Assembly (NCBI RefSeq): GCF_001194135.2
Contig: NC_068990.1
Location: 26,037,287 to 26,101,286 of the forward strand
Direction: 5' to 3'
Length of the DNA stretch: 64,000 nt
Source of the DNA: Octopus bimaculoides
Taxonomy: Eukaryota
Below the pieces are notes generated by a model. It was not told where the DNA came from. It searched no databases and saw only the letters and a program-made list of their open reading frames with translations. How positions within the stretch are numbered: the stretch's first letter is position 1; each line of letters opens with the position of its first letter. Shown here in pieces: positions 53,445-64,000 of the stretch. Both the position numbers and the translations under genes were made by a program.

Positions 53445-54849
53445 GTAGAGAGAGAAAAAGATAAATAGAGAGAGAAAGATAAATAGAGGGAGAGAGATAA
53501 ATAGAGAGAGAGAAAGATAAATAGAAAGACAGAAATAGAGAGATAAATAGAGAGAGAGAGAGAGATAAACAGAGGGACAGAAAGATAAATAAAGAAAGAG
53601 AGAGAAAGAGAGAGAAATAGAGAGAGAGAGAGAGATATAAATAGAGATAAAGAAAGAGAGAGATAAATAGAGAGAGAGAGTGAGAGAAAGAAAGAGATAA
53701 ATAGAGAGAGAGAGAGAAAGTGGTAACTGAAGCTAATAGATAGGGAGATATAATAAAAGAGAGAGAGAGAGAGAGAGAGCATCATTGCATCATTACAAGA
53801 AGAACAAGTACAATGTGTAAGAAAGTGGGAAAGATGAAGAGAAAGACAGACACATACATATACACACACACAGGCCTTGTTGCATTGTGAAAGGAAGGGT
53901 TTTAGATTCCCCTTCTGCCATAAGGCAAGAACATCTGTTCCCTGCTCTCCAGGGTTTCTTCAGTTATATTTAACACATTACGGGGCACGAAACAAGGCCT
54001 GCTGTAGATTCATTTCTCAATTTTTCCAGAATAAGAAGGAGACCTTAATTTCAGTGGTTAAACCAAAACATAATCAGGGACATGGAATTTCATGGTAGAG
54101 TTCGTTATTGTGGGAAACATTTCTTAATATCTATCCTGTTGGGTTGGACAGGGAACTGGTAGAATCGGTTGCACAACGAGCAGAATCTTCTCAGTTCAAA
54201 TTCCACTGAGGTTGACTTTGCCTTTCATCCATTTTGGGGTTGATAAAATAAGTATTAGCTGATCGCCGGGACCAATCTAATCAATTTAGGTCCTTCTCTA
54301 AAATTTCTGGCCTTGTGCTAAAATTTGAAACCGAAATATATCGTGTTTGTGAGGCTGTGAGCCATTTTCTTCAATCAAAAGCCAAAACTTTTGATTCTTC
54401 GAGGAGAGAGAGGGAGAGAGAGAGAGAGAGAAAGGGACAAGCTCAGTTCAGGTCAAGAGAAAGAGGGAAGACGAGCTCACTTCAGGTAGAGAGAGACAGA
54501 CAGACAAACAGAGAAAGAAATCAGGGAGAGATTGAAGGGAGAGATTGAAGGGAGAGAGAGAAGGGGTCAGGTTCAGCTCAGGTCACAAAGAGCCAGAGAG
54601 AGAGAGATAGAGATAGAGAGAGAGAGAGAGATAGATAGAGAGAGAGAGAGAGAGAAATCGAAGAGAAGCAGAGAGAGGATGGAGGGAAAGAGAGAAGGGA
54701 ACAAACTCAGTTCAGGTCATAAAGAGCCCAAGAGAGAGAGAGAGAATTTGGGGAGAAGCAGAGGGAGGCTGGAGGGAAAGAGAGAAGACAAGTTCAGTTC
54801 AGGTTGAGAGAGAGAGAGAGAGAGAGAGATAGAGAGAAATTCACATAAG

Positions 54850-55360
54850 CACAAACACTGGCAGAATCATATTAGCATGGTGGGCATAATGCTTGGTGGT
54901 ATTTTGTGTGTCCTTATGTTCTGATTTCAAATTTGGACGAAGTCAACTTTGCTTTCATCTTTTTTTTATTATTTCTTTATTACCCACAGGGGGGGGGGGC
55001 TAAACATAGAAGGGACAAACAAGGACAGACAAAGGGATTAAGTCGATTACATTGACCCCAATGCGTAACTGGTACTTATTTAATCAACCCCGAAAGGATG
55101 AAAGGCTAAGCCAACCTCGGCAGAATTTGAACTCAGAACATAACGGCAGATGAAATACTACTAAGTATTTCGCCCAGCATGCTAACATTTCTGCCGGCTT
55201 GCTGCCCTTCTCCCAGTTCACCACCCTTCTCCCAGCTCGCTGCCCTTTCATCCTTTTGGGGCCAATAAAATAAATAGCAGTTTAACATTGAGGTCAATGT
55301 ACTCAACTTACCTGCTTCCTCCAAAATTGCTGGCCTTGTGCCAAAATTTAAAACTAATAT
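54850..55360. mobile_element. SINE B cluster: B head (+), full B1 (-, 54968-55215), B2 tail (+)
   Basis: Diagnostic motifs. More B copies at 54170-54330, 55800-56010, 56100-56400 and 56520-56728. Confidence 0.8.
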
Positions 55361-55365
55361 ATATC

Positions 55366-55526
55366 ATCATTATTTACATTATTTACATTATTTACATTTG
55401 GCAGATATTTGTCCTCATCTTGTTTGTTGCTAACACAACATTTCGGCTGATATACCCTCCAGCCTTCTTCAGGTGTCTTGGGGAAATTTCAAACCTGGGT
55501 TCTCATTCCTAAAGTTTTTTTCTATG

Positions 55527-55561
<35 letters not shown>

Positions 55562-55755
55562 ATTATTATTATTATTCAAGTCACTGTCTGGAATCGAACT
55601 CGGAATCTTGAGGTTAGTAGCCTGTACTCTTAACCACTACATTATGGGCATATGGTGTAGTGGTTAAAAATAAACAAGATGAGGACAAATATCCGTCAAA
55701 AGTAAATAATGTAAATAATGTACATAATTCTTCATCTCTTAAATATAGAACTGTA
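55366..55755 (-). mobile_element. tRNA-headed element carrying a hammerhead ribozyme, with an inverted terminal segment
   Basis: Minus strand: TAGTGGTTAAG (A box), GAGTTCGATTCC (B box), (AAT)n, HHR, tail AAACAAGATGAGGACAAATATC, (AAATAATGT)n. The tail is repeated inverted at 55672-55693. Confidence 0.7.
55432..55477 (-). ncRNA. Minimal type I hammerhead ribozyme
   Basis: GACAC-CTGAAGA-A-GGCTG-GAGGGTATAT-CAGCC-GAAA-TG-TT-GTGTT. 5-bp stem I, 5-bp stem II, loopless stem III (ATGT), GUU triplet. Confidence 0.75.
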
Positions 55756-56461
55756 GTATATATCATGTTGGTGACTGAAAAGACAATTTACTCTAAGAAC
55801 ATTTATTTGTCTTGGAGAGCAGAATGGAAAAAATGTTTAGTGGCATTTCATCACTCTTTTATGTTCTGAGCTAAAATTTTGCCAAGGTCAACATTGCCTT
55901 GCATCCTTTCATGGTTGATAAAATAAAGAACTGGTTGAGTGCTGGGAGTCGATGTAATTGCCTAACCCTCTACCCCTAAATTTCAGGTCTTGCACTTATG
56001 GTAGAAAGGATGGTTTTTCCCCTGTATTAGGTTCCATATGTATTGTGATAATGAAGTGGAGTTTGGTTGTAAGCAGGGTTCTGATGTTGTTAATGAATAA
56101 ATCTCAAAGAATGAAAGGCAAAGTCGACCTCAGTGGAATTTGAACTCATAAAGTAGAGAGTTGGATGAAATGCTGCTAAGCCTTTTGTCCAACATGTTCA
56201 TGATTCTAGCTGTCTGGTACTTGAATAAGTATAATTCTTTCTACTATAGGCACTGGGCCTGAAATTCCGTGGGAATGCACAAGTCGATTACATTGGCCCC
56301 AGGACTCAACTGTTATATCAACCCTGAAAGGATGGAAGGAAAAGTCAACCTTGGCATCATTTTGTCCAAAGCGCTAACAGTTCTGCCAGCTCATCGCAAT
56401 AATGATGATGATGATGATGATGACGACGACAACGACGATAATAATAATAGTAATAATAATG

Positions 56462-56519
<58 letters not shown>

Positions 56520-56727
56520 TGGTTTCAAATTTTGGCACAAGGCCAGCAATCTCAGGGAAGGCAGCAAGTTAATTACATCAACCCAAGTGCTCAACTGGCA
56601 CTTATTTTATCAACCTCCAGCAGGATGAAAGGCAAAGTTAACCTCGGCAGAATTTGAACTCAGAACATAAAGAAGGTTGAAATGGCACTAAGCGTTTTGT
56701 CCAATGCATTGATGATTCTGGCAGCCA

Positions 56728-56807
<80 letters not shown>

Positions 56808-57633
56808 GCAACAACAAATAGCAGATTTTAGAAATGTGAGCAAAATTATTTTCATTTCATAAGGACGTATTTCAAAAAAAAAAATATATATATATATATA
56901 TGAGAGAGAGAATGTCAAGTATTGACTTTGATAACTCAAAGTTTTAATGAGAAACGCACCTATTCAGAGAAAATAATCAATCAAATGACATATGTATATA
57001 GATTCCAGAAAGTTCTATTAGGAATATATAGTAGAAAAAAAAAAAAAAAGAAAATGTAAAAAGACAGAGATTGCGGAATGAATCTTAAATATTCTGTTGG
57101 AATAGAAGACATGAGGAAAATCAATTAGTTTAAAATATGAATTAGCTTTGTGAATAAAAATGTTTTCACTTCATTATTATTATTATTATTATTATTAAGT
57201 TTATCATTAATAATCTTTGAACAGAATGAACGTGCCATTTTGTGATGAAGATGATATATATGTGTACGCGTGTGTGCATGTGTATATATGTGTGTGTGTG
57301 TGTGTGTGTGCGTGAGTGTGTATGTATATATATAAGGCATGTGTGTGTGTGTGTGTTTATATACATATACACATACATATACACATACATTCATACATAC
57401 ACATATGTATGCTTGTATGTAGTGAGTGCACATGTATTTAAATATACGTGTATATAACTGTGCATGCGTGAGTATGTATCCCATACGTGTATTTATCTGT
57501 GTACATGTGTTTGTGTGTATAAATGCGTGTGTGTAGTTCTCTGTGTACATATGTATGTGTGTATATGTACATATATCTATATCTATATATATATGTACAT
57601 ATCTATCTTTCTATTTTTTCTCTTAGTTTTATA

Positions 57634-57668
<35 letters not shown>

Positions 57669-57704
57669 GTATATATCTATCTTTCTATTTTTCTCTCAGT
57701 TTTA

Positions 57705-57795
<91 letters not shown>

Positions 57796-57949
57796 ACTTA
57801 TGCATAAACAAGACACTGTCATTATGTAGGTTCCCCCTTTGACGTAAGCAGCTATCTACAGGAACTCACAGCTCAGTGCAGCATTCAATATATTTGAAGT
57901 GTTAAATACAAGGGAAAACAAATACGTATATACATACATATACACACAT

Positions 57950-57983
<34 letters not shown>

Positions 57984-58611
57984 TATNNNNNNNNNNNNNN
58001 NNNNNNNNNNNNNNNNNNNNNNNNNNNNNNNNNNNNNNNNNNNNNNNNNNNNNNNNNNNNNNNNNNNNNNTGAGTGGAAAAAGAAAAAAATCGCAATGGA
58101 GAGAGACATCATAATGAGAGAGACTGAGAGAGAGAGAGATTTTCTCTCTGTTGTACTATCAGAAAAGGAGAAAAAAAAAAGAATTCTCCATTTTGCACCC
58201 TACTTGCCAGTAATATTCAGCTGGCTGCATTATTAACAAAGTGTGTTTGAGTGAACATTTCTATGAAAACACAATGAGAGATTTGGAAAACATACAGTAA
58301 CAACAACAACAACATCACCATAAACACTTGAAGAAACACTTTGATATTAAGTTGCGATGAAACTGTGGGGGAAAAGGATTCCATTAGTTGAATCGGAATA
58401 AATTCTAGTGTTGCATTGTGAACATTGGAGTATGTATATATATAATAGCCATATATGGAAAAGGTCAGGAACTCGGAGGAATTTCTTGAATACCTAACCA
58501 TACAGGAATTATAAATTTGACAAGCGTGTGTATATTTGTGAGTGTATAAAGGTTATGTAAATAGACACACAGACAAATATATAAATAAGTACACCTATCT
58601 GCGAATGCACA

Positions 58612-58770
58612 TGGCTAAATGGTTAGTGTATTGCACTCTTGGTTGCTAGATTGTGGGTTCAAGTCCTTGGCCGGATGGTGTGTTGTGTTCTTGAGCAAAA
58701 CACTTCATTTCACGTTACCCTATTGCTGTATTCTTGAGCAAAACACTTCATTTCACATTACCCTATTGCT
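58612..58770 (+). mobile_element. SINE E-type head with a 43-bp internal tandem duplication
   Basis: ATGGCTAAATGGTTAG...GGGTTCAAGTCC, then TG(T)(G/A)TTCTTGAGCAAAACACTTCATTTCAC(G/A)TTACCCTATTGC twice. Confidence 0.7.
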
Positions 58771-58982
58771 CTGAATGTTGTTGTAAAGGGTGACTAAAAG
58801 GGGTCGAGGTAGAGTTTACACTCTGACCTCGTAAAAATCTCACCAGCAACGACCACCCACACAGACTCATTGGGTTGGAAGGTTGCCACCTGAGTAGTGC
58901 AAGGGTGTCATCCACCCAGGTGAAAAGAATCACCAATTAGCAGTGGATGCAGTGAATGTGCTGTTACAGTGCATGTCCCTCA

Positions 58983-59027
<45 letters not shown>

Positions 59028-59300
59028 TGCTGTTGCTACTATTACCACCACCACAACCTATCTACCTATATCATCATCATCGTCATCATCATCATCATCA
59101 AAAGTCTATGCCTCATATTGGAATGGGTTGCATGGTTTGACAGATTCCGATGGGTCCCAGACCTACACTGAGCTCCAGGGTCTACTTTGCCATGGTTCAA
59201 CAAGTATCAAGTTGCTGGTCTCTAATGATGGAACTTTTGACCTGAAGACTATAGATAACTTCCAGGAATGTTTTATTGTCCTCTATTACATTTTATCTCC

Positions 59301-59339
<39 letters not shown>

Positions 59340-59793
59340 GGTACTGGGGCCATATAAAAAACAGCCAATCCATTCTGTAAAGTGGTTAGCATTNNNNNNN
59401 NNNNNNNNNNNNNNNNNNNNNNNNNNNNNNNNNNNNNNNNNNNNNNNNNNNNNNNNNNNNNNNNNNNNNNNNNNNNNNNNNNNNNNNNNNNNNNNNNNNN
59501 NNNNNNNNNNNNNNNNNNNNNNNNNNNNNNNNNNNNNNNNNNNNNNNNNNNNNNNNNNNNNNNNNNNNNNNNNNNNNNNNNNNNNNNNNNNNNNNNNNNN
59601 NNNNNNNNNNNNNNNNNNNNNNNNNNNNNNNNNNNNNNNNNNNNNNNNNNNNNNNNNNNNNNNNNNNNNNNNNNNNNNNNNNNNNNNNNNNNNNNNNNNN
59701 NNNNNNNNNNNNNNNNNNNNNNNNNNNNNNNNNNNNNNNNNNNNNNNNNNNNNNNNNNNNNNNNNNNNNNNNNNNNNNNNNNNNNNNNNNNNN

Positions 59794-59842
<49 letters not shown>

Positions 59843-60145
59843 ACACATAATTTGTGTGTGTATCAGGTTTGTAAGGCAACAGTGTATTTCTGAGGCATCT
59901 ACACACTTAAAATCAAAGAGCATGTGATTCAGACGTACACTTGACCTGAGGACATTCTGATGCGAATCTAAGCCATGACTGTCCAGTTGAAACTTGTCAT
60001 GAGCTCATGTTTGTCCTCTCATTAACTTGAATTTTAACCTCACCCTCTCACCGCCTCCCGCCGCAACCCAGCAATTGACACAGCAAGACTTAAGTGTTGT
60101 TTTCATTGACAGACATTTGTGGAAGTACTACTAGAAAATCACTCA

Positions 60146-60182
<37 letters not shown>

Positions 60183-60291
60183 TATATACAAACAAACATA
60201 CATACATAAATACATACATGCATAAAAATGTTTACAGGTCCATTATAGGTTGGATCAACAAAAACAGTATTCCAGCCAGTGAGAGTTAAAC

Positions 60292-60760
60292 ATTTAATAT
60301 ACACAACAGCAACTAAAGCAGCAAAAGAGTTACTAATAGTTTCATGCCTTAAGGTACATTAAATTGGAAGATTTATATGACAAGCCATCTATCTCCAAGC
60401 AATCTTTCAAGTTCGTAATGTTAAATGTATTTAAAGAAAAAAAAAAAAAAACGAGCTCACTGGACTATGTGGAAACATGAGAAAAAAAAGTGAGAAGAAA
60501 AAATTGCAGAGGAGGTTGATGTAAAAAGTGGAATTAGCAAACGGAAAAGAAAAGTCAGAAAATCAAGATCTCTTTTTCCTTCTTGTTTTTTCTCATGTTT
60601 TCTCAGAGTCCAGCATGCTGGTTTTTAAATACATCTAATGTTATAAACTGAGCCTGAAAGATTGCTTGGAGATTCATGGCATGTTATATAAATATGCCAA
60701 TTTAATGTACCTTAAGGCATGAAACTATAAGTAGCTCTTTAGTAATTGTGTATATTAAAT
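60292..60760. mobile_element. Foldback/MITE-like element with ~200-bp inverted arms
   Basis: Both arms contain ATTTAATATACACAA, TAGTTTCATGCCTTAAGGTACATTAAATTGG, ATCTCCAAGCAATCTTTCA and AAACATGAGAAAAAA. Purine-rich spacer of about 100 bp. Confidence 0.75.
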
Positions 60761-60769
60761 AATATACAT

Positions 60770-60972
60770 ATTCTTTTTTATTTGTTTCAGTCATTTGACT
60801 GCGGCCATGCTAGAACACCACCTTTAGTTGAACAAATCGGCCCCAGAGCTTATTCTTTGTAAGCCTAGTACTTATTCTATTGGTCTATTTTGCCGAGTAA
60901 ACACACCAGCATTGATTGTCAAGTGATGTTGAGGAGACAAACACAGACACACAAACATACACATACACACAC

Positions 60973-61023
<51 letters not shown>

Positions 61024-61184
61024 CGGGCTCCTTCCAGTTTCCGTCTACCAAATCCACTCATAAGGCTTTGGTCGGCCCAAAGCTATAGTAGAAGACACTT
61101 ACCCAAGGTGTCATGCAGTGGGAGTGAACCCAGGACCATGTGGTTGGTAAGCAAGCTACTTACCACACAGCCACTCCTGCGTCT
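60770..61184 (-). mobile_element. Full-length SINE family A
   Basis: Reverse complement of the family A consensus. Confidence 0.9.
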
Positions 61185-62814
61185 ATATGTGCATAAAAAT
61201 GTAAAATCGCAAGCTATAAGAGGTGAATATGTATTTATTTAACCACATACTCTCCATTAGGTTACGGCTGTTTCACCATCTTCCTTATGTAATGTTATTT
61301 TCATGATGCAACAAATTATACATACATGTTTGCATTAAAATGTGCACTCTGTATTATTCAATATATTTGTATATTCACAAACCAATGCAAATATAGAAAG
61401 CTAGCTCATCAGATCACCGGAACATTATGTACGATTACATCAACAGTTCAACTCTAGATATGCATACAAAAATTCAATCTTTATGCACAAAGTATGGAAG
61501 GAAATAATTGGACAAAATTACATTGATTTGGTCAGTAAATGGTAAACATTACAGTAAAGATATTGTGTTGCTATTATTATAGAATAACCTTTCGTGTCAC
61601 TTATGGACATTCTTATATCAATCAAGTTAAAGTGCTAGATGGAAATTAAGGAAGTCACCATCCTTAAGTAAGCTAAATAATGAGAAGGAATAACAAGAGA
61701 TAAAGTAAAAATAAAAGAACAAGAATATATAAAAACATAAGGAAATAATACAAAGGAATTTTTTTTTTTACGGAAGACATTACACAAACGGGTAAGTGGT
61801 GGTGGTGGGACAAAGGAGCTGGTGACTTGAAGATTGTATGGAATTCATGGATGAATGCATCAAGACAAAGAGGTTGAACTAATACCAAGAAATTGTGTTT
61901 CTGCCACAATAATCTTGTATATGAAGTCAACAAAGGTCACAAAGACATCAGAGAAAGCATTTGAACTTTCCAGAAGTTTACTCACGCATCAATCACACCT
62001 CTATATGCCTTTCAGCATATTAATCTGGGGGTAAACAAAGTACACACACACACACATCTACAGAAGCATGTATACATACAGATAAGTATAATACACACAC
62101 ACACCTGTATACATGGTGTGTCTCAGTGAGAGATTCCTGCAATAGTTCTGATTAATTAGAAGAGACTGATGATGAATTTGCAATATTTATATTCAGACAA
62201 GGAGTTGCAGAGAGGTGTATATAATGGTGTATAATGTATATTAATGGAATATGGTGAATGGAAGAACTGGGAAAGGGAAGAAGTGGATGGAGGGAGGGGA
62301 CAGGTGAGAGGAGAAAATATGGTAACAGGAAAGAAAGAAAGATTTATTAGAGAAAGAAGGAGGAAGAGGGGAAAAAGAAGACAGTGGAGAAGAAAAAGAA
62401 AGGAAAGGAGGAGGATAAGAAGGAGGAGTAGGTAAAGGAGAAGAAAAAAAGAAGAAGTGGAAGGTGAGAAGAATGGGGAGTAGGCAAAGGGGAAGATGAA
62501 AAGGAAGAAGAAGAAATTTTTAAGATGGTAGGAATGTAATTTGAAGGCTGGTTGACAGCTCGATTACATGGTTTCAGGTTCAGTCCCACTGTGTGACACC
62601 TTGAGCAAGTGTCTTCCGCTATAGCCCTGGGCTGACCAAAACTTTGCGACTGGATTTGGTAGATGGAAGTTCCTGTTGTGCATATACGTGTGTGTAAAAG
62701 TGTTTGTGTCTGCTAATACTTTGCATGGACCATGTCCTTGTGTTGTTGCTTTTTTCATGTTGTGTTTGTTCTTCATTTCTTTTGGATTTACTATATATAT
62801 ATATATATATATAT

Positions 62815-63265
62815 TTAGTAAATTTTTCTTTTCCTCACATAACCATCTTTCTTTTCCTACGCGGACTGGATGTCTTCTGTCTCTCTCTTCTATCTTTTCT
62901 CTTTCCAAAGAAAATATTTGTTCCAGCATTCACTATTTTTCCATTCGTTAAGGTCCAACGACCCTCCATGTTTGTTTTCGTCCGGTTTCTTTGTATGTCT
63001 CCACTGTACTGTTTTTGTTCCCAACTTTGACCCTCCATAAAATCCAAAATTTATTTTAGAAGTTATGGGAGCAACTTTGTTTTTGAAGACTCATATTATC
63101 GTTGAATGCTCAAAATGAGGAGTAGACAGACAGCCGACAACTGATGAAGGGTCGTTCTTTGTGTTACTTGTTCTGTTTTCAATTTCTTTTCTCTCATTGT
63201 TTGCGTATCTAACTCACTTGTTTTCGTACTTCCTGTTGTTTACAATTGGTGATGTCCTGCACCCA
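62815..63265. mobile_element. Unclassified pyrimidine-rich insertion flanked by (TA)n, possibly PLE-related
   Basis: (TA)n on both sides and a CTGATGAAGGG half-motif at 63141. Single copy in this window, so repeat status is inferred. Confidence 0.3.
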
Positions 63266-63269
63266 TATA

Positions 63270-63327
<58 letters not shown>

Positions 63328-63344
63328 TACATACATACACACAC

Positions 63345-63514
63345 AGTGGGCTTCTTTCAGTTTCCATCTACCAGATTCACTCACAAGGCTTTGGTCAGCT
63401 CAAGGCTAGAGTAGAAAACATTTAAGCACTTGCCCAAGGTGCCATGCAGTGGGGCTGAACCCAGAACCATGTGGTTGAGAAGCAAACTTCTTACTACACA
63501 GCCACACCTGTGGC

Positions 63515-63557
<43 letters not shown>

Positions 63558-63771
63558 TCTTTTATTCTTTTACTTGTTTCAGTCATTTGACTGCGACCAT
63601 GCTGGAGCACTGCCTTTAGTCGAACAAATCGATTCCAGAACTTATTCTTTGTAAGCCTAGAACTTATCCTATTAGTCTCTTTTGCTGAACCACTATGTTA
63701 CAGGGACGTAAACACACCAAGATCTGTTGTCAAGTGATGGTGGGGGGACAAACACAAATACACAAATATAT

Positions 63772-63803
<32 letters not shown>

Positions 63804-63843
63804 GACGGGCTTCTTTCAATTTCCATCTACCAAATCCACTCAC
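63345..63843 (-). mobile_element. Two adjacent SINE A segments
   Basis: 5' half at 63345-63512; 3' half plus core start at 63558-63843. Confidence 0.85.
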
Positions 63844-64000
63844 AATCCATGAAAATAACTATAATAAAAGAGTTTTTGTGATTCAAACATTGGTCAAACA
63901 TTTCCAGCACTGAGCCAAGACAAGGAGACACAACCAGAATGTAAGAAGCTAGCATAGAAATGGTTTTGAGAATAAGAGTGTCTCAGAGTAACAAAGACCA

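Noticed and set aside
55577-55641. tRNA gene call for this or other SINE heads
   Set aside because: A and B boxes are present but there is no complete cloverleaf or acceptor stem, and they run into SINE bodies.
61986-62024. 39-nt minus-strand exon-like segment (TTTACCCCCAG...GC|GTGAGT)
   Set aside because: It has stops in all three frames.
63136-63172. GACAA-CTGATGA-AGGG...TTGTT half-hammerhead
   Set aside because: There is no GAAA block after the putative stem II.

Overview
AT-rich eukaryotic DNA, intronic or intergenic, with about 19 N-gaps and very dense (TA)n/(CA)n/(GATA)n/(GA)n/(CAT)n/(AAT)n microsatellites. The SINE/LINE repertoire looks like octopus (inferred from recalled repeat families, not database-checked). 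I cannot support any host protein-coding gene: nearly all listed ORFs are microsatellite or N-gap read-throughs. The window holds at least five recurring retroposon families: tRNA-headed SINEs A, B, D and E, plus the 3' end of an RTE LINE (family C). It also holds decayed Tx1/L1, RTE, Penelope-like (GIY-YIG) and possibly Gypsy coding remnants, and several MITE families. The most interesting signal is four different type I hammerhead ribozyme (HHR) folds read directly from the sequence, in mutually unrelated non-autonomous elements: 9734-9779, 11090-11133, an inverted pair at 27579-27615/28029-28065, and 55432-55477. One of these lies downstream of a tRNA-like Pol III head. Together with the Penelope endonuclease remnant, this suggests a ribozyme-bearing retroelement system driven by Penelope-like elements (PLEs). 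Coordinates of decayed repeats are approximate, and all alignments and folds were done by eye.
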